Below, piece by piece: positions 1 through 11,438 of a stretch of 64,000 bases of DNA. How positions within the stretch are numbered: the stretch's first letter is position 1; each line of letters begins with the position of its first letter. The position numbers and the translations under genes are program-made. The stretch spans positions 496,001 to 560,000 of the forward strand of contig OW569346.1 in the NCBI GenBank assembly GCA_937625935.1. The letters run 5' to 3'. The DNA is from Tetramitus jugosus. Taxonomy: Eukaryota > Protista > Heterolobosea. The notes beneath the pieces were generated by a model. That model was not told the origin of the DNA and did not search any database. It saw nothing but the letters and a program-made list of their open reading frames with translations.

Positions 1-49
1 ATTCATTTATTATCATCATATTCACACCAACTGTGTGTGTGTGTATTAG

Positions 50-1227
50 AGTTGAGTAAGGCAATCAAGAATGCAGTCAAGGACGAAAAGAAGCTTCGAA
101 GCGATTTGGCCAATGCGAAAAGTGCCGCCGCTTCTGCCAAGAAGAAGGATCACGAAGAAGCAAAGAATTTTGAGTCGCTAAAGGAGAAGATGACAGAATC
201 TGATAGTCTTCCACCAAAGAAGGCACAACAATTGCAAGCACAGACTCACAAGGCAGACAAGAGTGCACAACAGGCGAATAAGGCATACACGGCAGCGCAC
301 GAAGCACTTGTCAAGATGGATGAGACATATTATGTAAAGTTGGGCGAATTGATGCACAGTTTGGAAGTTTTGGACAGAAAGAGATTGCACGCCACAAAAT
401 CCGTTCTCATGCGCTACCACAATATGCAACTCGAGTTGGCACAGATGATCATGTCCGAGTGTGACACGATGAGACAAGCATTCGATCAGATTAGTGCCGA
501 CACTGAGATTCGAACATTTGTGAGCAATACGAGAAGTGGTGCTTCACCACCGGCTGTTGAGCCATTTGAGCCATATGTCATGGGTGGTGGCAGTGGCAGT
601 GGTAGTGGTAGTGGGCACTCGACTCCAGTCTCCTCCAGACCACAGTCCTTTAACAATACTCCTACTATTGGATCGCCATCTTCTGTCTCATCGACACAAA
701 CTCCAGTCTCACCAACATTGATCCCTCCACCTGTGCTCTCACCTACGATTGAGCCAGTGTACCTCAACAACACACCTCCACCATTTGTAAGTACTAGTGC
801 ACCTGCTCCATCATCTCAATCGAGCGGAGAGATGGTGAGAGCTCTGTACGATTATGATCCTACTGAACAAGGAGAGCTATCATTCAAGGAGAATGACATA
901 TTGGTCGTGTTGGACAAGAATCCTGATGGCTGGTGGTTTGGTGAGATGGACGGGCGAAAGGGATTGTTCCCATCGAACTTTGTCGAACCTGTCGTTGAGA
1001 ATCAACCAGTTGCTCACTCTGTTGCTGCTAGTGCGGCGCCATCCAACAAAGTAATCACAACTGCCCTGTACGATTATGATGCTCAAGATGCTCAGGAACT
1101 CTCCTTCAAAGAAGGTGAAATCATTGAGGTCTTGCAAAAGAATGAAGATGGATGGTGGTACGGCAGCTTGCCAAATGGAGCTATGGGTCTATTCCCTTCC
1201 AACTTTACATCTGGTGGATGCGAATAA
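50..1227 (+). CDS. F-BAR + two SH3 domain protein (3' part; upstream exons outside window)
   Basis: Coiled-coil F-BAR C-terminal half, a Pro/Ser linker, then two SH3 domains (ALYDY...ELSFKE...GWW...GLFPSNF). Probable splice acceptor TTAG ends at 49. Confidence 0.85.
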
Positions 1228-1558
1228 TCATAGTAGTAGAAGGAATCAATGACATCTGAAACAACTAACTACAATTATTGGGCTCTACTCATAACCTGAC
1301 TGGTTTTCCCGTTTTTGTATATCAACACGAAAACAAAATTTGTATTAAAAACAATTAAGGTGGCGCAACTGCTGCGAGAATCCAACACTTTTCTTATTGC
1401 TGACCATAAGCTTCAACTTAATAATACTTCGATGACCCGTTTGACACGGTCGACAAAAAACTCCAGAGCGTTTGGCCTCAGCTGAAGTGCTGAAACTTGA
1501 AAGTTGCATTGACTCTTTCTCCAGTTTTCAACATTCACCCACGATCACGAAGCTCGTT

Positions 1559-2749
1559 TTACTCATTCAAACGTTTTGAATACTCTCTGATCACTTTCTT
1601 GAAATGTTTGGCAATTAGAGGTAGATCACCAGGTTCTTGCTGAAGTTGTGAGAGAATATCCACAGTGAATCGATGTGCATCATCGACTGCTTTCAACAAT
1701 GAGTCCTTGCCGAGATACGCCAAAGCTTCTTTCGCACTTTCCTTCCTTCTGGCAATACTTCTTGTGCAGAAGGCATATTTAATGACTGGATCACGTGAGT
1801 CTTGGTAGATATGTTTACCATTTCCCTTCAAGAACGACTTGAAGTTGTCCTCTGGAGTAAGAGTCAACTCAACCACAAAATCAATTATTACCAGTTTCTT
1901 GGTACGAGTCTCAAATCCGAAGTTATCGTAATTCGTAGTGACGTCATTTAAGTTGCAGATCCTGGTGACGAAATCCAACAAGGACAACTGACCAATAAGA
2001 TGTTTTGCACCAAAACTTAATTGTTCTTCATCCCAATCATTTTCGGTTAAAGTACTCTCGATCTCTTGGAAATAGCAACCAATTTCACTGTTTCGAGCTT
2101 GAGTGTATGTCAAAAACTCTCCCTGTTGATTTGTTTCCTCGTCATACCCCGCGTCAAGAGTGGCAATGTAGAACTCTTTTGGAGAGTCGAAGAAGAAATG
2201 AACCTTGGGACCCATTCGAATCAGCTCCAAAAACTTATACACTAGAATCTCAGAAGCATGAACAGGATGTTCAATTGTCCTCGTTGATTTTTCAAGGCCC
2301 AGTGATCCTCCTCTGTGAGTTTTAACATAAAACTTCATGTTATGATCTTCACAACGAAGAGAAACAATTTGGCCCAATTGAATTCCATTATTCTTCTTTC
2401 CAATCTTCAATTCCCATCCTGGGTATTCATCTCCAAAGAACTTTCGGATACTCTTTTGTAACATCACAATGGGAAGCTCTCTGAGAATGTCCAAATTATC
2501 TTCGATGCATCGCCTCATTGTGCGTAGGGCTTCGAAGTTTTCAGTTTCTCTGGGGCATTCATCCGAGAGTCTAGATGATAAATTTCGGATTTGCTCTAAA
2601 ACCCTCTTTTTACTGGTAAGGCTTGTGAATTGCTTTATCTCTTCCAATTTGTCATTGAACTTTACTCTAAGTTCCTCACTCATTCTTGAGATGCAGTCTT
2701 CCACAACATTCAATGTTTCTCTTATTACATGAGAACTTTCTTCCTCCAT
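1559..2749 (-). CDS. Atypical kinase-like protein (PI3K/HipA-like fold), copy 1
   Basis: 396 aa intronless ORF. FYVKTH (Lys), E of SEILVYK, catalytic-loop-like LNDVTTNYDNFG and IIDF motif. Confidence 0.6.
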   Translation of the reverse strand: MEEESSHVIRETLNVVEDCISRMSEELRVKFNDKLEEIKQFTSLTSKKRVLEQIRNLSSRLSDECPRETENFEALRTMRRCIEDNLDILRELPIVMLQKSIRKFFGDEYPGWELKIGKKNNGIQLGQIVSLRCEDHNMKFYVKTHRGGSLGLEKSTRTIEHPVHASEILVYKFLELIRMGPKVHFFFDSPKEFYIATLDAGYDEETNQQGEFLTYTQARNSEIGCYFQEIESTLTENDWDEEQLSFGAKHLIGQLSLLDFVTRICNLNDVTTNYDNFGFETRTKKLVIIDFVVELTLTPEDNFKSFLKGNGKHIYQDSRDPVIKYAFCTRSIARRKESAKEALAYLGKDSLLKAVDDAHRFTVDILSQLQQEPGDLPLIAKHFKKVIREYSKRLNE

Positions 2750-2919
2750 CTTGTTGATTCGCTAGTTTCGTTTACAGATAGGTGGTTCTTGTTCATGGAC
2801 TTTCGTCGCGAATCCGTAAATTCCTTTCGTCGCGAAAAACAAACTGCTCATTGATGTTTCAATCGGCTTGAGTTAACAAACAAAATTTTCCGTCAATACA
2901 ACGTTTGACATCGAAAAAG

Positions 2920-3318
2920 TTACCCATTCGTGAGATTACCTTGTACAATAACGGAAGGTGAAGGCTCCAAAATCTGTCTCCTATCAGGACATCAAGCAGG
3001 AACATCTGAGCTCTTCTGTCTCATCGACACAAACTCCAGTCTCACCAACATTGATCCCTCCACCTGTGCTCAACAATACATACTCCGTCTTCAGAGGGAG
3101 ACCTTTTTCAAACCTTCTGAAATTACTTCGATACTTGATCCGTTTGACACAGTCGACAAAAAACTCCAGAGCGTTTGGCTTCAGCTAGCTGAAGTGCTGC
3201 AACTTGAAAGTTGCATTGACTCTTACTCTAGTTTTCCTTGAAGGGAAATGTTCAACATATCTACAGAGAGTCAAGTGACTCAGTCATTCGCTATGCCTTT
3301 TGCACGAGAGATATCGCC
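2920..3318. other. Mosaic of short segments copied from neighbouring loci
   Basis: 2920-2955 ~ 6546-6581; 2954-3013 ~ 6690-6755; 3012-3071 = 679-738 (exact); ~3125-3236 ~ 1425-1529; 3238-3318 is an inverted fragment of a diverged kinase-like paralog. Confidence 0.9.
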
Positions 3319-3538
3319 GATTTGGAAAAGAATCACTGTTGGGAGCGGTTCGTGATGACCACCGATAGATACTCATGATATTCTCTCAGCACTGTTTCTC
3401 TCAATGGGGAATCATCAGTAGATGTGAATGGAGCGAAATGAACTCATATTAATGGTTTTGAACTATATCGATGATGGCCTTTTGTTTATTAAAATCTTTC
3501 AGGATGCAGAGGGTTCACCCACGATCTCGAAACTCGTT

Positions 3539-4729
3539 TTATTCATTCAAACGTTTTGAATACTCTCTGATCACTTTCTTGAAATGTTTGGCAATTAGAG
3601 GTAGATCACCAGGTTCTTGCTGAAGTTGTGAGAGAATATCCACAGTGAATCGATGTGCATCATCGACTGCTTTCAACAATGAGTCCTTGCCGAGATACGC
3701 CAAAGCTTCTTTCGCACTTTCCTTCCTTCTGGCAATACTTCTTGTGCAGAAGGCATATTTAATGACTGGATCACGTGAGTCTCGGTAGATATGTTTACCA
3801 TTTCCCTTCAAGAACGACTTGAAGTTGTCCTCTGGAGTAAGATTCAACTCAACCACAAAATCAATTATTACCAGTTTCTTGTTGTAAAACGCAAATCCAA
3901 AGTTATTGTAGTTTGTAGTGACGTCATTTAAGTTGCAGATCCTGGTGACGAAATCCAACAAGGACAACTGACCAATAAGATGTTTTGCACCAAAACTTAA
4001 TTGCTCTTCATCCCAATCATCTTCGGTTAAAGTACTCTCGATCTCTTGGAAATAGCAACCAATTTCACTGTTTCGAGCTTGAGTGTATGTCAAAAACTCT
4101 CCCTGTTGATTTGTTTCCTCGTCATACCCCGCGTCAAGAGTGGCAATGTAGAACTCTTTTGGAGAGTCGAAGAAGAAATGAACCTTGGGACCCATTCGAA
4201 TCAGCTCCAAAATCTTGTATACTAGAATCTCAGAAGCATGAACAGGATGTTCAATTGTCCTCGATGATTTTTCAAGACCCAGTGATCCTCCTCTGTGAGT
4301 TTTAACATAAAACTTCATGTTATGATCTTCACAACGAAGAGAAACAATTTGGCCCAATTGAATTCCATTATTCTTCTTTCCAATCTTCAATTCCCATCCT
4401 GGGTATTCATCTTCAAAGAACTTTCGGATACTCTTTTGTAACATCACAATGGGAAGCTCTCTCAGGATGTCCAAATTATCTTGGATGAATAGTTCCATTG
4501 TATCTAGGGCAATGAAATTTTCAGTTTCTCTGGGGTACCCACGGGAGAGTCTAGATGATAAAATTCGGATTTGCTCTAAAACCCTCTTTTTACTGGTAAG
4601 ACTTGTGAGTTGCTTTACCTCTTCCAATTTGTCATTGAACCTTACTCTGAGTTCCGCACTCATTCTTGAGATGCATTGTTCCACAACATCCAATGTTTCT
4701 CTTATTACACGAGAACGTTCTTCCTCCAT
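3539..4729 (-). CDS. Atypical kinase-like protein, copy 2
   Basis: Near-identical paralog of 1559-2749 at offset 1980. Start set at MEEERS by alignment with copy 1. Confidence 0.6.
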   Translation of the reverse strand: MEEERSRVIRETLDVVEQCISRMSAELRVRFNDKLEEVKQLTSLTSKKRVLEQIRILSSRLSRGYPRETENFIALDTMELFIQDNLDILRELPIVMLQKSIRKFFEDEYPGWELKIGKKNNGIQLGQIVSLRCEDHNMKFYVKTHRGGSLGLEKSSRTIEHPVHASEILVYKILELIRMGPKVHFFFDSPKEFYIATLDAGYDEETNQQGEFLTYTQARNSEIGCYFQEIESTLTEDDWDEEQLSFGAKHLIGQLSLLDFVTRICNLNDVTTNYNNFGFAFYNKKLVIIDFVVELNLTPEDNFKSFLKGNGKHIYRDSRDPVIKYAFCTRSIARRKESAKEALAYLGKDSLLKAVDDAHRFTVDILSQLQQEPGDLPLIAKHFKKVIREYSKRLNE

Positions 4730-4895
4730 GTTGATTCTCTTTGTTTCGTTTGTAGAAGAGTGGTTCTTGTTAATGGACAAGATTGTAAATTCCTTTCGCC
4801 GCGAAAAACGAACTGGTCGTTGATGTTTCAATCGGCAAACAAAATTTTCCGTCAATACAAAAAAGCGTTTGTTGTCATCCATAAAGAAAAAGAAA

Positions 4896-6236
4896 ATGAG
4901 CAACAACAAGAGCGCGTCCAAGCCACCCTTCTTCACCAGCAGCAAAAACATTCGTTTACTGTTTGGTGTCAGTTGCGTCTCTTTTTTCCTTGGAGCTTCC
5001 ATGCTTCATCATCAGAGACAAGGTCACAGAGTCAAAATGGCCACTCATTCCCAATGGATCTCACCTCCACTCTCATCATCCTCCACTCTTTCCACTCTTT
5101 CCTCCTCCAATCATCATACAAACAACAATAACAACAACAACAATAATAACAGTAGTAGTTGCACAGCATCATCATACAAGGCATGTGGACTCGTCGCACC
5201 ACAAAATCACAGCACTCGTGTCACAATTACACCAAACAAGACTGTAAGCAATGATGGAGAAGGTGATGTACTATTGTACACTTGCAAAATTCAAGCCATG
5301 GATGTCATGTCGGGTCATTGGAAGACCATGATGCGATTTGCGATTAAAAAATCAGATTTGGTACTGCAGTTGGCCGATGCTCAAGTCGTCAATGAACAAT
5401 TGAAACTGGCAGAAGAGAAATTAATGGCACAGAGAGCTACTACTACTACTGCTACTGCTGCTGCTTCATCTTCTTCTCACACTGCAACAACATCATCATC
5501 ATCATCAGTAGTGCCACTGTTGTCAACAAATGGTGTCAATGAGAACGCAACATCAACAACAACGACAACAACAGCGACAAGACAACAACAACATCAAATT
5601 CAACAACTTCAACTACTGCAACAACAACAGCAAATGAAGGACGAATTGTTGCACATTTGGCAAAAACTAGTCGAAGACAATGTCAAACAAAACAATGACA
5701 ATAATAACAACAACAACAATAATGACACAACAATGGAGCTATTGATTCATAGCAAGGATCATCCAACCAAGATGGGAACACTGATCCATACCAATCAAGC
5801 GACTCGATTGGCCAAATTCAATGAAAATTTGACTATACCGACCAACAAGAAGGAATTTTTGGAGTATTTGAAACGATCCAACATTGTTCGTTTTGAACCA
5901 GGTGTCTCCGAATCCGAAGCTCTCAAAGTTCTCAAATTTGTTCACAAGGGACAGAGTCATATCAAGGCAGGCAAAGAAGTTCGCATCTATGAGTCTGTGA
6001 TTCGAGAAGGTGATGCTATTACAGTGTATGGAACACCGAGATGGGTGGAAAGTACTGACGGTGATGATGGTGCATCATCAAAGGAACAAAAGGTGTGTTT
6101 TGAGACACACATGCTATCAGAGGAGGATGATGAACACTTTACAAAACATTTGCAAAAGAAGCAGAACAGTGGATACAACTTGTACAAGGCTTACATTGCT
6201 GGAATGCTTTACATGATGTACGAGTTGTTTGTGTGA
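4896..6236 (+). CDS. Low-complexity protein with N-terminal hydrophobic segment; possible GIDE/MUL1-like C-terminal domain
   Basis: Long ORF with N/T/Q runs. YESVIREGDAITVYG resembles the C-terminal motif of GIDE-type domains. Confidence 0.45.
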   Translation: MSNNKSASKPPFFTSSKNIRLLFGVSCVSFFLGASMLHHQRQGHRVKMATHSQWISPPLSSSSTLSTLSSSNHHTNNNNNNNNNNSSSCTASSYKACGLVAPQNHSTRVTITPNKTVSNDGEGDVLLYTCKIQAMDVMSGHWKTMMRFAIKKSDLVLQLADAQVVNEQLKLAEEKLMAQRATTTTATAAASSSSHTATTSSSSSVVPLLSTNGVNENATSTTTTTTATRQQQHQIQQLQLLQQQQQMKDELLHIWQKLVEDNVKQNNDNNNNNNNNDTTMELLIHSKDHPTKMGTLIHTNQATRLAKFNENLTIPTNKKEFLEYLKRSNIVRFEPGVSESEALKVLKFVHKGQSHIKAGKEVRIYESVIREGDAITVYGTPRWVESTDGDDGASSKEQKVCFETHMLSEEDDEHFTKHLQKKQNSGYNLYKAYIAGMLYMMYELFV

Positions 6237-6536
6237 CACAAACAAGTAAAAAAAACAAAGACCATAAAAAAAACAACTGTAGTTCAAACAAGGTCTTTTT
6301 TCATTTTCGGTTGTCGGACGAAAATCATTCCGAATTGAAAGAACTCCTTGTCTTGTGAACTTCTGAGCAGATCTGACAACAACATGTTGGTATAAAAGAA
6401 AGTGTTCACTTTATGAGATTCCCATCTTCAACATCAAAGAAAAAACAAACTCATCAGACATAATCAATACTTTGTTGATTGTTGTAAAATTATATCCCAC
6501 AGCTACGATACTATTATTATTTCTATATCATAAATC

Positions 6537-8588
6537 ATGTCCCAATTACCCATTCGTAAGATTACCTTGTACAATAACGGATATGCCACATTTCACAGAG
6601 AAGGAACCTTTTCTGGCAACTCCAGTATTGACCTCTTCTTTCGCAAGAGTGATATTCAAGATGTGCTGAAGAGCATTTCGTTCAGCACAGAAGGAGAAGA
6701 CTCCAAAATCTGTTCTGTCTCCTATCAGGACACCAAGCAGGGAACATCTGAGCTCAGTGTTCCCATTCCAGAGTATCAATCATTGACTGGTCTGTTGAGA
6801 AGTCTCAAGGGAGCCAAGATTAGAGTCTGTACGGAAGGACTGGACTCTGGTTTGGAGGGTGTGTTGCTCGGCGTGGAAACAATTGAGAATTCTGGCTCTG
6901 CAGGAAGAAACGGAACATTTGTGAACATTATTCACAGAGGTGGATGCATCAAGACATTTGATTTATTAGCGGTGACCAACATTGAGTTCTTGGACGACAA
7001 TGTGAAGCACGAGATTCAGTATTCATTGAAGGCTGAATTGTCTCAGTTGAACAGAGACCTGTTGCGAGTAACAGTGTTCACACAGGGATCTGGACAGTAC
7101 CTTGTCAAGGCAAACTACTCTCTCATGGCAAAGGAGTGGACTCCGTCTTATCGTATGGAGTTGAATCCAATCGAAGACGAAAGAGTACCAGGCTTGTACA
7201 AGGCTACTCTCGATGTATTTGCAGTTGTGGAGAACACTCAGGAAGAAGACTGGTTGCAAGTGAACATGGATATTGTGAGTGGAGCTCCTCCTATTCCAAA
7301 GTCTTCAGACGGTGATTCACTTCACGATGGAGCCTTCCCTGTTATGATCAAGTTGTTGAACTCAACATCGTTCACAGTTCGTTGCGACCCAACAGACACT
7401 GTAGAGATCATTAAGAGAAGAATTCGTTCTTCACAAGGATATCCAATCTCGCAACAAAAACTCGTTTTCAATGGCAAGCAAATTGAAACAGGAAGAACTC
7501 TTTCGGATTACAACATTAGAGCCAATTCCGTGCTGCACTTGAATCTTGATCGAAATGTATCGGCTGACAGTGACTCCAACAGCACAAAGCCAATCTTTAG
7601 ACTAGCTGACCAAAAGAATCTATCCAAGTACTACATCGATACACCAATCTCGACACTCAGAAATCAATCTGCATTGGTCCCCATTCTGAAATCAGAAATC
7701 GATATCACCAAAGTATTGTTGTACAACGAGGACATGAGAAACGGTAATCCGCTCTCTTGTATCATGTTTGCCAACACTACTGGATGTGGTTTGGAGAGAG
7801 GATCCATGGTGTTGAAGCAAGGATCTACTACCTTGGGAGAATGCGTCATGGAGCAAATGTGGCAAAAGGATGAGGAACTCTATCCTTACTCTGTCGAGTT
7901 GGGAGTAGAGGTAAAAGTTGAGACTTCGACTTCTCGAACCAAACCACATGAAGTTCGAATCTTGAATGGTGAACTGTCAGTGTACAGTTACAAGGAACAA
8001 ACTGCAATGTACACGTTTGACAATCAATCAGATAGCTCATTCCCAACAGTGTTCTTGGATCACTTGTATCTGGAGGGATGGGAGGTCGAGCATGTTCATG
8101 ATAAGCCAATTGATATCACAGATCGATACTACCGCTACGAATTCGGCCTCAAATCCAAGGAGAAGAGAGCATTCCGTGTTCCTGAAAAGAGAATCGATAT
8201 TCAAACTTACGAGTTGACTCACACCACAAAGGAACAAATGGAAAAGTTTGTCAAGTTAGGAATCTTGAACGAGGAAGTCACTCAACAATTGCTCGTGCTC
8301 GAGTCGATGAATACATCCGTGTCTGAACTCGGATCCAGAATCTATCAGCTCGAAACTGAAATGAGAGAGAGCAAGGACACCATGGATCGATTGAGGAAAA
8401 ATATTCAAGTTCTCCCTGCCGACAGTAAGGCTCAATACAAGTATGTGCAGGAGTTGTCAAAGGAGGAAGATCATCTCAAGTTGCTCGAAAAGACCCGAAA
8501 GGAGTTTACGGAAGAGAAATCAGCCATCAACCAAAAGCTCTCCCAGGCAGCCAACAACATGAAATCACAATACGAGCTGCAATGGTAA
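6537..8588 (+). CDS. DUF4140/DUF4139-type protein with internal ubiquitin-like domain
   Basis: N-terminus [20 protein letters not shown] and motif VENTQEEDW are typical of the family. Ub-like segment DTVEIIK...[22 protein letters not shown]...VLHL; C-terminal coiled coil. Confidence 0.75.
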   Translation: MSQLPIRKITLYNNGYATFHREGTFSGNSSIDLFFRKSDIQDVLKSISFSTEGEDSKICSVSYQDTKQGTSELSVPIPEYQSLTGLLRSLKGAKIRVCTEGLDSGLEGVLLGVETIENSGSAGRNGTFVNIIHRGGCIKTFDLLAVTNIEFLDDNVKHEIQYSLKAELSQLNRDLLRVTVFTQGSGQYLVKANYSLMAKEWTPSYRMELNPIEDERVPGLYKATLDVFAVVENTQEEDWLQVNMDIVSGAPPIPKSSDGDSLHDGAFPVMIKLLNSTSFTVRCDPTDTVEIIKRRIRSSQGYPISQQKLVFNGKQIETGRTLSDYNIRANSVLHLNLDRNVSADSDSNSTKPIFRLADQKNLSKYYIDTPISTLRNQSALVPILKSEIDITKVLLYNEDMRNGNPLSCIMFANTTGCGLERGSMVLKQGSTTLGECVMEQMWQKDEELYPYSVELGVEVKVETSTSRTKPHEVRILNGELSVYSYKEQTAMYTFDNQSDSSFPTVFLDHLYLEGWEVEHVHDKPIDITDRYYRYEFGLKSKEKRAFRVPEKRIDIQTYELTHTTKEQMEKFVKLGILNEEVTQQLLVLESMNTSVSELGSRIYQLETEMRESKDTMDRLRKNIQVLPADSKAQYKYVQELSKEEDHLKLLEKTRKEFTEEKSAINQKLSQAANNMKSQYELQW

Positions 8589-8685
8589 ATCCATATCATA
8601 AATTGATTACTTGATTAATTTTGTGTTTTTATGTTTGATTGTTGTTGTTATTGTTAGTGTTGCGATTGACGACCACATGTATTGT

Positions 8686-9849
8686 TTACAATCTGTGGAG
8701 CTCCTTGATGACAGCGTTGGTGAATTCTGATCCAGTTGATCTACCACCCAAGTCTCCAGTCAAGACATCACCGTCTCTCAACACGTTCAACACAGCGGTT
8801 TGAATTCTGTGAGCAGTAGCTCTCTTTTCCAACCATTCGAGCATCATAACAGAGCTGAGCAAGAAGGCAGTTGGGTTAGCAAGGTCCTTTCCAGCAATAT
8901 CAGGTGCAGTACCGTGAACAGCCTCAAACAATTGAGCCTTCTCACCATAGTTTCCAGAAGCGGTCAATCCGAGACCACCAATCAAACCAGCGCACAAATC
9001 ACTCAGGATATCACCATAGAGATTGAGTGTGACTATGACATCGAATGTCTCTGGCTTTTGAACGAGTTCCATGCATGTAGCATCAATAATCTTTTCATTG
9101 TACTGGATGGTTGGGTATTGCTTGGCAACTTCACGGCAGCACTCGAGGAACAAACCATCAGACTTTTTCATAATGTTGGCCTTGTGAACAGCAGTCACCT
9201 TCTTTCTTCCGCTGGCAACAGCGTACTCGAAAGCGTACTTTGCAATTCTTTCGGATGCTTTTCTTGTGACAACCTTGACACTCTCCATGACACCAGGCAC
9301 GACTTCGTGTTCGATACCACTGTACATGCCCTCAGTGTTTTCTCTGATAGTGACGAGATCGACGCCTTGGAATCTGGAGAGATGCTTTGCGGCATCAGCC
9401 TTGTTGACTGCGATTGGAATGTTCTTGGCTGGACGCACATTGGCATACAATTCCAGAGCCTTTCTCATGGTAATGTTGACTGAGCGGTATCCAGATCCAA
9501 TAGGGGTGGCAAGTGGTGCCTTGAGTGCAACACCATTGCTCAACACAGAGTTCAACATTTCTTGTGTGACCAAATTGCCTTGAGCATCAGGAATGGTAGG
9601 GATATCGAATCGATCGTACTCTAGGTTGGCACCAGCAGCATCGAGAATCTTTTCGACAGATTTGGTAATCTCTGGGCCAATGCCGTGTCCAGGGAAGAGA
9701 GTGATACGCACTTTGCCAGTGTTCTTGTCAACGAGATCATTGTTGATGGCATTGGTGGAGAAGGAGGAAGCGATCAAGCGATTGTTGTTGGTGGTGTTGT
9801 TGTTGGCGTGGAAAGCAGCTCTGGAGATGGACTTGGAGAGGCGTTGCAT
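8686..9849 (-). CDS. IDH3: NAD-dependent isocitrate dehydrogenase subunit, mitochondrial
   Basis: PGHGIGPEI, IRENTEG, VHKANIMK, NLYGDILSDL, EAVHGTAPDIAG motifs; N-terminal transit-like peptide. Confidence 0.93.
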   Translation of the reverse strand: MQRLSKSISRAAFHANNNTTNNNRLIASSFSTNAINNDLVDKNTGKVRITLFPGHGIGPEITKSVEKILDAAGANLEYDRFDIPTIPDAQGNLVTQEMLNSVLSNGVALKAPLATPIGSGYRSVNITMRKALELYANVRPAKNIPIAVNKADAAKHLSRFQGVDLVTIRENTEGMYSGIEHEVVPGVMESVKVVTRKASERIAKYAFEYAVASGRKKVTAVHKANIMKKSDGLFLECCREVAKQYPTIQYNEKIIDATCMELVQKPETFDVIVTLNLYGDILSDLCAGLIGGLGLTASGNYGEKAQLFEAVHGTAPDIAGKDLANPTAFLLSSVMMLEWLEKRATAHRIQTAVLNVLRDGDVLTGDLGGRSTGSEFTNAVIKELHRL

Positions 9850-10051
9850 CGTTCGTGTGGTGAAATTGATGATGATTTTGCTGTGTGTTTGCTTTTTTTA
9901 TGGTGCGACAGAAAAGCTTTTTGGCGGCACGATTTTTTGTGTGTGAGAAGATTCATCCTGGGATTGTTGACACGAGCGCGCGGAACTTTTCGGGACATTC
10001 CATATGAACATCCCGAATACAAACGGGTCCGACCAATTCTCCTCTCGTAAG

Positions 10052-11305
10052 TTATTCGCTCACAGCCGCAATTCTACCAAAGATCTCAGCCAAATAGAGC
10101 ATGCCTCGAGGAACATGGAAGCATCCCTTCCATTTTCCTCCTTTAAGTTGGAGTAACACTTCACCTCTTCTGTTCAAATATCCGAACCACTCTCCATGAT
10201 TTTCATCATGGAAGTGTGACCAAGTGTACTCGTGCACTTTGTGGTACCATTGCGCAAATTCAGGTCTCTTTGTCAACATGAATGCCTGAGCCAGTGCAAT
10301 CAAGGTTTCAATATGAACCCACCACAATTTTTGATCCCACTCCAATTGTTGTGGTGGCTTGTTGTCAATATCCAAAAAGTAGAAGAAGCCATTGTATTCC
10401 TTGTCCCAGCCAAATTCCAATGTTGTTAGCAAGATGTCACAGCATTTGTCAATCAAATGACTCATATTCTTCTTGTTAGCTACGTCCATGATGAACCATA
10501 GGCATTCAATCGTGTGGCCTGGATTAATCAACCTTCCTTCAAATGTGCTTAATGATGCTTGATCATTTGGATCCACTGGTACATTCTCTCTCAATAATCC
10601 AGTCTTGGCGTCCAAGAATTTTTCAAAGATAAAATCAATGTTCCTTCTAATTCTGTCATCAACGTTCAAATCTGGTAGCACTTCTGCTAACTCCATACAC
10701 AAGTTAACATCAATCATTGGAACAGCCAAAGAATAGAATGATCTAGTGCCAATGAATGCCTTATTGTAGACACCCTTTGGATTCTCCTTTCTCTTTTCAA
10801 TGTTCTCAAATGTTTTAATGGCCCATTCTCTGGCCCACTCTTCACCAGAAGCCTTTGCATATTGTGCAAAAGCCATTGACGCAAAACAGTCAGAGAAGAT
10901 GCTGTGAGGCTGAGTAATGGGCTTACCTTCCTTGGTCAATGAAAAGTAAAAGTATCCTTGCTCATCATGACCGTGCTCCAACAAAAAGTCAGCACCTAGC
11001 TTTGCAACATGCAACCACTCGTCCAACACCTTTTGATCCACAGTAGATCCAGTACTCTTGTTGTGCAAGTTATAGAGCTTGCTAAACATCCAAACTTGTC
11101 TTGCTTGCAACCAAGAGAACTTGTCCGTATCGAACACTGTGCCATCAGTTTCCAAACATGTGAAATATCCACCATTCTCCTTGTCCAGTGAATGGTTGAC
11201 CCAAAAAGGGATTGCATTCTCGTACAAGGTATCACTGTAGAGCTTTTGCCACTGGAGAGCTTGTTCTTGGGTGATTGTAGTTGTCGTTGTGTTACACATT
11301 GCCAT
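10052..11305 (-). CDS. N-acylglucosamine 2-epimerase (AGE/RENBP family)
   Basis: DKFSWLQARQVW, INPGHTIE, KLWWVHIE, GEWFGYL, KGGKWKGCFHVPR motifs. Confidence 0.93.
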   Translation of the reverse strand: MAMCNTTTTTITQEQALQWQKLYSDTLYENAIPFWVNHSLDKENGGYFTCLETDGTVFDTDKFSWLQARQVWMFSKLYNLHNKSTGSTVDQKVLDEWLHVAKLGADFLLEHGHDEQGYFYFSLTKEGKPITQPHSIFSDCFASMAFAQYAKASGEEWAREWAIKTFENIEKRKENPKGVYNKAFIGTRSFYSLAVPMIDVNLCMELAEVLPDLNVDDRIRRNIDFIFEKFLDAKTGLLRENVPVDPNDQASLSTFEGRLINPGHTIECLWFIMDVANKKNMSHLIDKCCDILLTTLEFGWDKEYNGFFYFLDIDNKPPQQLEWDQKLWWVHIETLIALAQAFMLTKRPEFAQWYHKVHEYTWSHFHDENHGEWFGYLNRRGEVLLQLKGGKWKGCFHVPRGMLYLAEIFGRIAAVSE

Positions 11306-11438
11306 CTCAGTATGCGTGTGATAATTTTTTCAGGATCGATATTGATTGAATCATCGAAATGTTTGTTTGTAACCGTTTGGTATCATCCGATGACATCTTT
11401 GATCTCCGAAATCAAACAACAACACATTGAAAAATAAC

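Larger units (their letters stand above)
1534..4861. repeat. Direct segmental duplication: ~1534-2901 and ~3514-4861
   Basis: Long runs of identical nucleotides covering the CDS and upstream region of both kinase-like copies. Confidence 0.95.

Noticed and set aside
4730-5002. 91-aa N-terminal extension of kinase copy 2
   Set aside because: Absent in copy 1 and overlaps the divergent gene; likely a chance open frame.
5120-5725. CAA/ACA microsatellite-like runs (also in PIP5K, GSAP-like and SNARE genes)
   Set aside because: Ordinary poly-N/Q/T coding low complexity typical of this genome.
8800-9483. 227-aa ORF antisense to IDH3, and similar shadow ORFs
   Set aside because: Antisense shadows of real genes caused by codon bias; no motifs.
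9989-10017. Inverted repeat TTCGGGA...TCCCGAA upstream of IDH3
   Set aside because: A single 7-bp stem; not enough to call a regulatory element.
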